Source of the DNA: an uncultured bacterium | Lineage (GTDB): Bacteria > Patescibacteriota > Minisyncoccia > Phycocordibacterales > UBA9973 | DNA: 64,000 nucleotides | Direction of reading: 5' to 3' | Assembly (NCBI GenBank): GCA_903894955.1 | Contig: CAITSA010000001.1 | Location: 3,769 to 67,768 of the forward strand | The notes under the pieces: model-generated | The model's database searches: none | Told to the model about the DNA's origin: nothing | Seen by the model: only the letters and a program-made list of their open reading frames with translations | In this document: piece after piece, positions 29,289 to 38,941 of the stretch | Layout of the letters: the number at the start of each line of letters is the position of its first letter | How positions within the stretch are numbered: position 1 is the first letter of the stretch | Program-made: the position numbers and the translations under genes

Positions 29289-31163
29289 CTACTTTTCAGT
29301 CACATTTATTGTTTGCCCTGTTGCTGTGGGGGTTTCTTGCTCTTGTTTGGCTTTTTTGTTTAATAATATTTGTGAAGGATCGGAAGTAATGATCTGGTCC
29401 TCGGTATAAGAAGAGACTATTTTTATAGCAACATGTTTTAATCCTGCGAAAAAGATACCTTCCCCTAACCCAGATTCTAAAAGTAAATATTTCTCTTCAT
29501 CAGTGAGATTAAAAGTTTTTTGCAGGATATCAATTGTGGTTGGTGATTGTTTTAAAAGAAGCTGGATAGAGGAATTCGTAATGATTGGTACTCCATAAGG
29601 AGATTTCATGAAGTCGGCTGCGTCTTGGGTAATAGTAGAAAGACCCAAATAATATTTTCGTCCTCTTTTGGCAATAGAGTACAAGAATGAGGCTGTGTCT
29701 TCGGACTTCATCATCCACCAAGCCTCATCTACTACGAGTAAGCGTTTTTTTAAATTTTTGCGTATGGCATTCCAAATATAATGCATAATGATATACATGG
29801 CGACTGGTTTTAATTCGTCTTCCATGTCGCGCACAGAGAATACCACGAACTTTTTATTAATATCTACGTTCGACGGTCTGTTTAAAAAAGTTGCCCAAGA
29901 ACCTCTGGTGTATTTTGCCAATCTAGCAACAACTGAATCACTTCCATCCATTCCAGAGAGCACCATTTCAAGATCTGAAAGAAGAGGAGGTTCAATATTG
30001 AAAAAATCCGATTCCGGAGTTATGTCTTTTATGGCATAAGTTTCAGAGATAGCTCGGTCTACCATTGAATCTTCTTCTGGAGTGAGTCCACCCAACATCA
30101 ATCTGAAAAGACCTACTAAGTTAATGATATTTGAACGCAAGACATCTTCTGCAGTCTCATCTTCGCGAGGGATAGGTAAATCAAATGGGTTTAGATGGTG
30201 GTCTGAAGAAAGTGAAATATTAAAATATCGTCCACCTACTGCTTCAGCTAAAAATTCATATTCTCTTTCTGGGTCGATCACAATGACATCGGTATCAAAC
30301 ATGAGTGACCTTAGAATTTCTAATTTTGTTGCGTAAGATTTTCCAGAACCAGATTTAGCAAAGGTTACGGAGTTGTAATTTTCTAAGGAAAATCTATCAA
30401 AGATAACTAAGCTCGAGTTGTTTCTATTGATACCATAAAGTATTCCTTTATCAGAAGTAAGATTAGAAGAAATAAATGGGAAAACACTCGACAAGGGGTC
30501 AGAATTTAATTTTTGGTGAATATTTAATAAATCTGTTTCTATTGGAATGACGCTTTTGAAACCTTCTTCTTGTTGAAAAAGTGCTGGTTTTATATAGATA
30601 AGTTTTGATTCCAGCATTGATTTTATTTCATTTTCTATCTTGAAAAGTTCGAAATCGTTGTCTGCATAAATCGTGATATAAATACCAACATCAAACATCT
30701 TTTCTTGCGCTTGAATTAAGTTATTACGAAGTTCTTCAAGGTCTTGGTAAGCAGTGTCGAGCATTGGGTCTCGGACCATTCCTTTTGATTCTCGGACATT
30801 TATTTGGCTTTGTACTTCAGCAACTTTTTTCTGAAATTGTCGTAGCATTAAAGAAGTGTCTATTGGGTGAATGAAGATTGAAATATCAAAAATTTTATCC
30901 AAATTAATTATTGGAGAAAACCAATTATCCGTTAAAAATCTAGGATAAGATATTATAAAAAAAGTACGGGCAATTTTGTCACCTAGGTTTATAGATTTCG
31001 GGTCAATTTTTAAGGCTGATGGGGCAATGACATCTTGAAGTTCTAGGTTTGCCGACTCATAAATTTTTTCTGGTAAGACCGCCAAAACAGAAGCCCGAGG
31101 TCCCTCTCCTTCAGTTTCTTTTCCTTTTCCAAATAATTTTTTAATGTCTTCTAAAATACTCAT
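29289..31163 (-). CDS. VirB4/TraC-like ATPase
   Basis: FAKSGSGKS Walker A, VIDPEREY, VVDEAW, KRGRKY, TITQD; adjacent to a PrgI-like gene. Confidence 0.9.
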   Translation of the reverse strand: MSILEDIKKLFGKGKETEGEGPRASVLAVLPEKIYESANLELQDVIAPSALKIDPKSINLGDKIARTFFIISYPRFLTDNWFSPIINLDKIFDISIFIHPIDTSLMLRQFQKKVAEVQSQINVRESKGMVRDPMLDTAYQDLEELRNNLIQAQEKMFDVGIYITIYADNDFELFKIENEIKSMLESKLIYIKPALFQQEEGFKSVIPIETDLLNIHQKLNSDPLSSVFPFISSNLTSDKGILYGINRNNSSLVIFDRFSLENYNSVTFAKSGSGKSYATKLEILRSLMFDTDVIVIDPEREYEFLAEAVGGRYFNISLSSDHHLNPFDLPIPREDETAEDVLRSNIINLVGLFRLMLGGLTPEEDSMVDRAISETYAIKDITPESDFFNIEPPLLSDLEMVLSGMDGSDSVVARLAKYTRGSWATFLNRPSNVDINKKFVVFSVRDMEDELKPVAMYIIMHYIWNAIRKNLKKRLLVVDEAWWMMKSEDTASFLYSIAKRGRKYYLGLSTITQDAADFMKSPYGVPIITNSSIQLLLKQSPTTIDILQKTFNLTDEEKYLLLESGLGEGIFFAGLKHVAIKIVSSYTEDQIITSDPSQILLNKKAKQEQETPTATGQTINVTEK

Positions 31164-31191
31164 ATAATTGTTGTGATGTTAAGCTCGTAGT

Positions 31192-31830
31192 TTACTCTAA
31201 TCTAACTTTTCCTTCTACTTCTCCTGGGTTGAAAACTTTATAAAATACTTCTACCACTTCTTCGGTGCCGAGCTGAGCTGAATTTATACCACAACGGGAG
31301 AGCCCTTGTTGAATAACTGATACCCTTTCTTCTAATTGGGACCTTTTTTCTTCAAAAGCTACCTGTTGAGCTGCCTTTATTTCCGCTTTATTTTTTGAAG
31401 AAAATATTTTGTCGATGATTCCAGAGTCTGATTTTAAGGTGGTATGAGTATAAGGGACTACTATAAAAAAGTTTTTTGTCATAATGGCAACAGAGTCAGT
31501 AAAATTTTTAATAAAGTCTATATATTCTCTGGTTTGTAATTTTAAAAGAGGTTCATTTTGCACTTTGATTCTATTTTCCAAAAGTAAAAGATAAGGTCGA
31601 ATATCAAGCCTTCTTGATTGGATTGATATTTGGATAGAAAAATCTAAAGTATTTAGAAAATTTTGGAATTGCATTATTGTTGCTTGTTGCTCGTCGGTTG
31701 ATTTTAAAGATAAATTTACTGAGTTGGCAAGTACAATTGCTCGGAGCTCGTCGTTTTTTAGCACGACTATTCCATCGCGGACTTCCTTAATAGGTACGAA
31801 TTCTTGAGTTGCTTTTGCATTTAAGGCCAT
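31192..31830 (-). CDS. TraC-like / VirB4 N-terminal-like protein
   Basis: ATQEFVPIKEVRDG, QFQNFLNTLDF.IQI, KNFFIVVP; lies between the PrgI-like and VirB4-like genes. Confidence 0.7.
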   Translation of the reverse strand: MALNAKATQEFVPIKEVRDGIVVLKNDELRAIVLANSVNLSLKSTDEQQATIMQFQNFLNTLDFSIQISIQSRRLDIRPYLLLLENRIKVQNEPLLKLQTREYIDFIKNFTDSVAIMTKNFFIVVPYTHTTLKSDSGIIDKIFSSKNKAEIKAAQQVAFEEKRSQLEERVSVIQQGLSRCGINSAQLGTEEVVEVFYKVFNPGEVEGKVRLE

Positions 31831-31838
31831 ATTATTTA

Positions 31839-32285
31839 TTACTTATTATTCTCTTTTTGTTTACTTAAATCTAATATATCCAAACTCCAAGCTAAATCTC
31901 GTAACTTACTCCCGCTTAACTGGTCGCCTTCTTTTATCATTTGAACTTTATTTGTATTATTATTTTTTTCCCCGCCCGCATCGCCTTGCGAAGCATGGCG
32001 GGCAGGTATACGTTTTTTCCAGATGTAAAGTTTATTTTGGGTAAAATATTTAAAACTTGATTCTAGCATATTCACAAAAGGTTTATTATTTGGTTTATAA
32101 AAAGTAAGGGTTAGAGAAAATCCAGCCATGATTAAAATCGGGATTGCTCCCATCACGAGACCTAATAATTTATACAATACAAAACATAGGCCTGCTCCTC
32201 CTGCCAAGTAAATAAATTCCCTAAAAGTAAAAGGACCAAATATTTTATCTTCAATATCTAAAAATTGTGGAACTTTGAATTGCAT
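31839..32285 (-). CDS. PrgI family (VirB3-like) protein with an in-frame palindrome insertion
   Basis: MQFKVPQFLDIEDKIFGPFTFREF, two TM helices, YIWKK; PARHASQGDAGG insert. Confidence 0.85.
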   Translation of the reverse strand: MQFKVPQFLDIEDKIFGPFTFREFIYLAGGAGLCFVLYKLLGLVMGAIPILIMAGFSLTLTFYKPNNKPFVNMLESSFKYFTQNKLYIWKKRIPARHASQGDAGGEKNNNTNKVQMIKEGDQLSGSKLRDLAWSLDILDLSKQKENNK

Positions 32286-32566
32286 CCCGTTAGAGATAGG
32301 AAGCGCCTAATCTATTTTTAAGATAACGCTTGCCCATTCCTGATTTTAAAAATAACTCTCTCGACCTCGCTTTACTTTTTAATAAGCACCCTTCGTAGTA
32401 TATCAAAATAAATGGGCCTCGTCCTTTCGTATATGTAGATAAACCTTTATTGTGCTGACTTAGGCGCTTTCGTAGGTCTTGCGTATATCCCGTATAAATT
32501 TTACCGTCCTTCTTACTTTTTAAGATATATGTGTAATAAAACATAAGTGATCTCTAACGGGATGCA
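32281..32566. mobile_element. 278-bp element (32285-32562) with 13-bp terminal inverted repeats, flanked by TGCA, carrying a GIY-YIG gene
   Basis: TGCA-TCCCGTTAGAGAT (32281-32297) ... ATCTCTAACGGGA-TGCA (32550-32566). Confidence 0.75.
32290..32544 (-). CDS. GIY-YIG nuclease (minimal, 84 aa)
   Basis: YTYIL...IYTGYTQDLRKRLSQHN, YTK, LIYYE, ARSRELFLK. Confidence 0.92.
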   Translation of the reverse strand: MFYYTYILKSKKDGKIYTGYTQDLRKRLSQHNKGLSTYTKGRGPFILIYYEGCLLKSKARSRELFLKSGMGKRYLKNRLGASYL

Positions 32567-32569
32567 TGA

Positions 32570-33190
32570 TTATTCATCTGGTGACAAACGATATGGATCT
32601 GCCTTAGGTGGATAAGAGGCAGCAGATGTTAGATTTTTCAACGAGTGCTCAGTTTCTACTACCTCATTTTTAACATAACCAGATAATTTTTGGGCTAAGA
32701 TTGGAGGGGGAGTTGGTAACTCTGTTTTTTTAGGTTCATTTATTGGTGATGTGGGGATAATTTCAATTCCAGCAGAACTTAATATTTTAGCATTATTTTC
32801 TGCTTCTTCTTTAGTCTCAGGGATTTCTTCTGGCCCTTGTTTTTCTACAGATACTTTTTTATTTTCAATAATTTTAATTAAATTTTCTTTTATTTTTACA
32901 AAAACTCGGTCATTCATTTCTTTTACTAAATCATTAACTTCACTTTTTTGGAGTTTTAGCCTTTTTTCTATTTCTTTTGAATAGTTTTCAGGGATAATAA
33001 GCCCACAAAGCACTAATTCTGTTTCAATTTCTAGATCTTCTAATTGTTCGAAACTGTATCCTTTTTTCTCTCTCATTCCTAAAACCACTGATTTCCAATC
33101 AACGGCGTTGATAGCATTTTGGGTATCTTCCGGCAACCCTGCTTTTGCTTTCTCAATTTTTATTTGTAGTAAATCTTTTGTATCGTTCAT
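32570..33190 (-). CDS. Hypothetical protein, paralogue of 33223..33786
   Basis: Shared N-terminal helical domain (W...ETxLxLxGL..P..Y...IE); C-terminal DPYR. Confidence 0.7.
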   Translation of the reverse strand: MNDTKDLLQIKIEKAKAGLPEDTQNAINAVDWKSVVLGMREKKGYSFEQLEDLEIETELVLCGLIIPENYSKEIEKRLKLQKSEVNDLVKEMNDRVFVKIKENLIKIIENKKVSVEKQGPEEIPETKEEAENNAKILSSAGIEIIPTSPINEPKKTELPTPPPILAQKLSGYVKNEVVETEHSLKNLTSAASYPPKADPYRLSPDE

Positions 33191-33222
33191 ATCATTATTA
33201 TACCTTATGTTAATAATTTATT

Positions 33223-33786
33223 TTACTTTGGCGCAGAACTTGTTGGTGAAGGTTTCACTCCTTCGTTCATATCAGTGATTTTGGTTTTTTGACTATTGGC
33301 TCTTATGTCAACCAGTCTTGGGGTAATCATTGGAGAAGTAGGTGTTTTGTTTGTTTCTATAGATTCAGGAGTAGTTTCCCTTTCTACTATAAAAGCGGAA
33401 TAGTCTCCACCGGATAGGATAAAATTAAGATTTTGTTCCGTGTTTGACGTCATAAACACCCAACCCTTTTTAACATTTTGTATTAGAAGATCGTTAATTG
33501 GAGTAAATATTTTTTGTACAACTTCGTTGGTTATTTTTTCAGCTTCGTCTTTACTGGTACCAACATTGCTTTCAATATTTTTTGCATATGAATTTGGATC
33601 TTCCAAGCCAGTTAAAATTAAAAGGGTTTCAACTTGAAAATTAGTTAATTTACTTTCGTTAAGTGAATACTCTCTACCAACTTCTTCTGTTATTTTTTCC
33701 CAGCCAAAAGTATTAATCACATCTTGATTTTCTTTTGATAATTTTCCAACTTCTTCTTTAATTGTTTGTTTTAATTTACCAGTCAT
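33223..33786 (-). CDS. Hypothetical protein, paralogue of 32570..33190
   Basis: Same N-terminal domain pattern. Confidence 0.7.
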   Translation of the reverse strand: MTGKLKQTIKEEVGKLSKENQDVINTFGWEKITEEVGREYSLNESKLTNFQVETLLILTGLEDPNSYAKNIESNVGTSKDEAEKITNEVVQKIFTPINDLLIQNVKKGWVFMTSNTEQNLNFILSGGDYSAFIVERETTPESIETNKTPTSPMITPRLVDIRANSQKTKITDMNEGVKPSPTSSAPK

Positions 33787-33792
33787 AATTTT

Positions 33793-36198
33793 TTATTTTT
33801 TTTCTTCTTGTATACTTGCACGAATTTTATTTGCAGCTTCATTGGCTCCACGATGTAAGGCATACTCGCCTCCACTAAATATAAAGTTCAAAGCTCTGCT
33901 TCCACTACCCTCTAATTTTTCAGCATACTTTGTTTTTCTCTCTCTATTTACTCCAACGACAGCATTTTCTGCTACCTTTAGAGCAACTTCTGCTGTATGA
34001 GTATCACTCCCTGCATCTCTAATATCTTTTTCTCTGGTAAGCACAAGTTGTCTTGTATTAGTTTTTTCTCCCTGCAATCTAACTTGTTCATCAATAGCAT
34101 TTTTTACTCTAGCGCTTTTCCCTGTTGGGTCTGCGGCCTGTGCCGCCTTCAGTTCTCTTTCAGCATCAGCAAGATCCCTTTCTGCTTGGGTGGCAGCTCT
34201 TTCTAATTGCTTTAGGCTTTGTCCTGCTCCTTCTATAGGATTACCATCCTTGTCGAGAGTCCCCGCAGTCCCTTCGGTTAGTGCTAATATTTGTGGCGCT
34301 GCCGCTATTTTTGCCGCCTGAAGTTTGCCTTCTTTCTCTCTAACAGTTTGCATTTCTTTCTCGTCCTCTCCGACTTCAATTTCTTTTGCCCTTTCCATTC
34401 TCTTCTTTACATCTTGTTCTCTCCTTTCTTTAAATCCTCCCTTTTGTGCTTCACCGACTTTCATACCAGTTGCTGATGCCAAAGTTTTACCCCCAATGCT
34501 TGCCCCGCGAACATCAAAGCTTCCACTTTGCATCTTTTTAAACCCAGACATGGCAGCTTCTCCACCAAAACCACTTGCCTCCCAATTCTTTGCCCATCGA
34601 GAGTTAGCCATAGCAGAGCCTGCCCTTCCAGCAGTTGCGCGACCAACTTTTGCAGCTCCAATTGCTGTTGCCCCCAAAGCAAGTCCGCCTGCTATCTTTG
34701 CGCCTTTAAAAATTGCTTCCCCTAATTCCCCGGATGCTTTTTTAGCAAATTTAGTTGCTTGAAGAAGAAGAATCAAAACCAAAAGTGCTGGTATAACAAG
34801 GAGCACTATAGCTTCTAGTGTTGATTGATCCTTAAAATTGCGAACTGCAAGACTAGCAAATAGATCTGCTTTTACAAGTAAAAATATTAAATATAGAAAA
34901 AACATAAAAATTGGCGCCATAAATGCCACTTTAAGTAAACGTTTAGACCAAGCATCCCATCCTAAATATTCAACACTACTAAAAATTGGAAGGGTTGAAG
35001 ACATAAAAGCAAAAGGAGAAAAGATAATTAAAATCCAAAGTTCAATTAATCTACTTAAAAAACAAAAACCTGCTATAAAGAATGCATATGCAGCAAAAGC
35101 CATTATTAACCCACTTATAAGAATTATTCCAATCATAAAAGGAGCAGGAATAGCATTTGAAGGAATGAATGAATAAGCGAGGTAGGCTGCAGTTGCCACC
35201 CCTGCACCAACAACCCCTCCGAAAACAGCTCCAGTGCCCGCAGTTGCTGCTGTACCAACCATAGTTGGACGTGAGGAAGTTTGTTTTTTAGCTTTGTCAA
35301 AAAATTCCTGGGTTAACATTTCTCCTGGCTTAAAGGCCTTGGCTAATCCACCAGCAAAATCTTTTTCTGTATTTCCAGTTTTTGTTGGGTCTGTAATTGG
35401 TTTATATTCTATATTTGTGGCTGTTGTTCCAGTCCCTATCTGTTGATTAACATTAATTTTATTATAAAAAATTAAAGCTAAAATATTTGATGTATCAATA
35501 ATTACTTCAGTGAAAAACATAGAAAAGTTTATAAGCAAAGCGACAACTATCACCTTGACTATCATTTTTTTAACATCAGCTCCCCCCAGCCCTAAAATAA
35601 CTTTAATAGCTATATAAAGGAGAATAAGGATAAAGAAAATATTAGAAAGATCACGCACAACTGCCCAAGCATTAGGAATGAAACTAGATTTGGTATACAA
35701 GGCACTGCTTAACGTAATAGACAATAATACATCTAAAAATTCTGCAGCTACACTCAACAGTAAACTGGGAACTGTATAGAATACAATATAAGTTATTTTA
35801 ACCAAGCAACCTTCCAAGCTACTACTCCCAATTACACCGCAAGACTGTAGATTGTTTTCAAGTGCACTGTTGCCAGTTGATCCTATGTTATTAGGATCTC
35901 CTGCCTTACCACTACACGCTTTTTGAGCAGCGGCTGTTTGTGCAGCAACATCCTTATTCCCTTTAGCATCCACCATTCCACTATTTATAACAGTTTGATC
36001 TGTTATACACTGTGTGTATTCACTTGCACTTGCTTTTCTCACTGGACTAAAAAGTCCAACGAAGACGATAAGCAGGATTATTCCCAATACTAAAATTTTA
36101 CTCTGCTTGCCCCATAGTGAATGTTGCTCTACTATTGGGGTAGTTTCTGATTTTGAATTTCTGGTAGTAGAATTTTGGTTTATTAAATCTTTTATCAT
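33793..36198 (-). CDS. VirB6-like polytopic membrane protein with coiled-coil tail
   Basis: AWAVVRDLSNIFFILILLY, VALLINFSMF...IID, RLIELWILIIFSPFAF; multiple TM helices. Confidence 0.75.
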   Translation of the reverse strand: MIKDLINQNSTTRNSKSETTPIVEQHSLWGKQSKILVLGIILLIVFVGLFSPVRKASASEYTQCITDQTVINSGMVDAKGNKDVAAQTAAAQKACSGKAGDPNNIGSTGNSALENNLQSCGVIGSSSLEGCLVKITYIVFYTVPSLLLSVAAEFLDVLLSITLSSALYTKSSFIPNAWAVVRDLSNIFFILILLYIAIKVILGLGGADVKKMIVKVIVVALLINFSMFFTEVIIDTSNILALIFYNKINVNQQIGTGTTATNIEYKPITDPTKTGNTEKDFAGGLAKAFKPGEMLTQEFFDKAKKQTSSRPTMVGTAATAGTGAVFGGVVGAGVATAAYLAYSFIPSNAIPAPFMIGIILISGLIMAFAAYAFFIAGFCFLSRLIELWILIIFSPFAFMSSTLPIFSSVEYLGWDAWSKRLLKVAFMAPIFMFFLYLIFLLVKADLFASLAVRNFKDQSTLEAIVLLVIPALLVLILLLQATKFAKKASGELGEAIFKGAKIAGGLALGATAIGAAKVGRATAGRAGSAMANSRWAKNWEASGFGGEAAMSGFKKMQSGSFDVRGASIGGKTLASATGMKVGEAQKGGFKERREQDVKKRMERAKEIEVGEDEKEMQTVREKEGKLQAAKIAAAPQILALTEGTAGTLDKDGNPIEGAGQSLKQLERAATQAERDLADAERELKAAQAADPTGKSARVKNAIDEQVRLQGEKTNTRQLVLTREKDIRDAGSDTHTAEVALKVAENAVVGVNRERKTKYAEKLEGSGSRALNFIFSGGEYALHRGANEAANKIRASIQEEKK

Positions 36199-36268
36199 TT
36201 TTTTAAATATCTCTTAATCAAAAATTCAGTACGGGACAAGAATATATAGCAAAAACTCTTTTTAAATT

Positions 36269-38875
36269 CTAATTTGCTAACCATACTCCAGTAGCTTTTT
36301 TACATTCCGATTGTAATGTATTGGGTATTGGTAGGGTCGTAGGTAGTGTTGTTTGGTTAGGTAGTTGTATTGTGCAAGTCCCGAGTGGTTCTAATGGTCC
36401 CCAAGTTCCGGAATTTTGAGTACATTGGTATTTGGTTAAATCTGTGTCAATAACTCCATTGATGTACCTACAATTACCTAATGTTTCTGTGTCACCCACA
36501 TGAAGAGGTGTCTCGTTTAGGTTTCCAGGTAAGTCTCCTTTATAATCTGATGCTCTTGCATTAAAAATATTATTGCAATTAATTTCTGGGACCCACGATG
36601 CATCTTCCAAAGGGTTTCCGGGTATAAAACCACCACCAAGAGTAAAGCTGAAAGCAACAGATTTCAAAAGTGATGCAATAGTCACAGTTTTATATTGCAA
36701 TCCATTCTGTCCATTATTTGCTGGATTTACTAATGGTATCTCTGGATAGGTAACATTACTATTCCCAAAGTATGGATGAGAATACCCACCACTACTTGGC
36801 AAACTACAGAATAATGCTTCTTCTGTTTTACCATTATCTACGGTTGGTCCACTAGGGCTAGGGTTTTTCCAGGTAGCACTTGGCCCACCAGGATTACTCC
36901 AACCCTTGGCGGCTCTTTCTGCTGGGCAAGAAAGGGGATTGTTTATATCCAACAAACTAACAAAATTGTTATACATGTCTTTTACTTCAGATAATTTATT
37001 TCGTGTATTTTCTATGGTATTTGTATTAGACAAGTCAGTGCTTGCTCCTTGATATTGTTTCCAGATTGATACTAGAGTTTGTTCTTCCGCTGAACCTGTG
37101 TCTGGTTGGGTATTTGTAGGAAATTTAAGATCCAAATTTGTTTTAATTGCTTGCAGTCTTGCTAGAGCAGTATTTTTGGCCATTCTATCACTATTTAGTT
37201 GGTCCATTCCTTGAGACAATTTTGTAATACTGTTTACTGCATCTATATATGCTAATGAACTTGGAAGTTCAGGCATCATTTTATTATCTATCCAAGCCTT
37301 GAAAAATTTCATAGCGGAAGTTAATTCTTTTATAATTGAATCTACTTCGTCTTGGTTGGTACCACCAGTAACAATACTCAAAAAACCACTTGCTTTTGTT
37401 TGAACATCTGCTCGTGCCTTGGTAACTTCTGCGTCAACTCTGTCTTTTAGTCCTATAACATCTGGACCGGGAATACATTCATCAAGTTTCTGTGCCTCGG
37501 GCCAAACTTTACTATAGTATTGATATATGCCAGGATTTACAGGATCCTCGTTATACATTAATCTGATTTCTGTGTTTAAACTGTTTATCCCTTGGTTTAC
37601 TGTGTTCTTAAAGTCACTTAAGACAATTGGTTGGTCTGGACCCCCATTCCAATTATCAGTTGAGTTGGTGCCTGTGCCTGCGTCCAATGGGCTACCAACA
37701 GTTTGGCCATTATAACTCCAATCATCTGTTACGGGGGCAGGATTTATTGTGCTTGAGAGCGCACTTAAGCCTTTATCTAAGTAGTGACTTATCAGAGCAT
37801 CAAAGACAGCAGACAAACTATTGCCTACTGCTCCATCAAGGGCTGTTGTTAAGAACGGTGAATTTATAGCAGTCATTATAGAATTAGCAGCAACTGAACC
37901 CGGAGTAGTGTTTTCAAAGCCACTTGTCCCATCTTTTTTTGGTGGACAAGTATTTGCGTCTGTCCAGGTTTTTTTTGTTGCATCATAGTCGGCATTCCAT
38001 TTTGCTAGGTTGGCGCTGTCTTTCGTTGCATCACCTGTTAATGCTGGTTGGGGTTCTTTTTGGTAAAATGCAGCATCATCAAAACTTGGTTGTGTAAATT
38101 CATTTGTACCATTATTAAATTTCGGATTGGTTGCACATTTTTGTGGAGATAAAAAGCCCGCTCCTTGCGCAAGGAGACCTTTGACTCCTTCGGCAGCGGA
38201 TTGTTGAGTGCCTCTAACATCATTGGCAAGTTGTTGAGTTGCTATCATTTGAAATCCTAATACATTATTTTGTGGATATTGAGTGTTAGTTAGAAATCCA
38301 TTCCACCCTCCATAACTAAAGTCATTTCTATAACTGTTAAGTTGTGCTGAATTCATAACATTACTTAAAGTATATGTGGCATTATTTTCTTGGGTAGTTT
38401 TATAAAGATTGATTGCATCTAGCGCGAATTGCTTGCCAAAAGGATAGAGTAGGTTGTTATAGCCATAGGTATTTACTATGTTTTTTAATTGAGATTTAGC
38501 TATATCACCAAAGAAAGACTGAGGATTTGTTAAGAAAAGTGGGGATCCATGAAAATCAGAATTTATCCAGTTTATAGTAGACTTGGTCATTTCTGCCAAA
38601 ACTTTTTTTGCCACTGCTTTAGCTAATTCTTGAAGTATTTTTTGGGCTTGATCTTGATATTTTAGTGCGAGATCTTTTAAACTTGTAGCTAATAATTCCA
38701 GCGAACTTGCTGCGATTGAGGAAGTTGAAAAATCTCCTATTGGGTTAGTTCCAACATCTCCTGCCCCCCAAACAGCGTATCCTGTTTTTGGGAAAGACAA
38801 CAAAACAGAGGGTAATAATATCAAAATAATTAAAAGACCAGAGATGAATTTTTTTGTTTTATTACTGACTGTCAT
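36269..38875 (-). CDS. Large secreted/membrane-anchored protein, T4SS-like cluster
   Basis: Signal peptide; MTKSTINWINS..GSPLFLTNP, GGWNGF, TTPGS; Cys pairs at the C-terminus. Confidence 0.65.
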   Translation of the reverse strand: MTVSNKTKKFISGLLIILILLPSVLLSFPKTGYAVWGAGDVGTNPIGDFSTSSIAASSLELLATSLKDLALKYQDQAQKILQELAKAVAKKVLAEMTKSTINWINSDFHGSPLFLTNPQSFFGDIAKSQLKNIVNTYGYNNLLYPFGKQFALDAINLYKTTQENNATYTLSNVMNSAQLNSYRNDFSYGGWNGFLTNTQYPQNNVLGFQMIATQQLANDVRGTQQSAAEGVKGLLAQGAGFLSPQKCATNPKFNNGTNEFTQPSFDDAAFYQKEPQPALTGDATKDSANLAKWNADYDATKKTWTDANTCPPKKDGTSGFENTTPGSVAANSIMTAINSPFLTTALDGAVGNSLSAVFDALISHYLDKGLSALSSTINPAPVTDDWSYNGQTVGSPLDAGTGTNSTDNWNGGPDQPIVLSDFKNTVNQGINSLNTEIRLMYNEDPVNPGIYQYYSKVWPEAQKLDECIPGPDVIGLKDRVDAEVTKARADVQTKASGFLSIVTGGTNQDEVDSIIKELTSAMKFFKAWIDNKMMPELPSSLAYIDAVNSITKLSQGMDQLNSDRMAKNTALARLQAIKTNLDLKFPTNTQPDTGSAEEQTLVSIWKQYQGASTDLSNTNTIENTRNKLSEVKDMYNNFVSLLDINNPLSCPAERAAKGWSNPGGPSATWKNPSPSGPTVDNGKTEEALFCSLPSSGGYSHPYFGNSNVTYPEIPLVNPANNGQNGLQYKTVTIASLLKSVAFSFTLGGGFIPGNPLEDASWVPEINCNNIFNARASDYKGDLPGNLNETPLHVGDTETLGNCRYINGVIDTDLTKYQCTQNSGTWGPLEPLGTCTIQLPNQTTLPTTLPIPNTLQSECKKATGVWLAN

Positions 38876-38941
38876 TTTGTTTGTATTATATCTTTTATTT
38901 ACCCAGGAGTGAAGCTTTTTGCTTCTACTCTACTATTGGAT

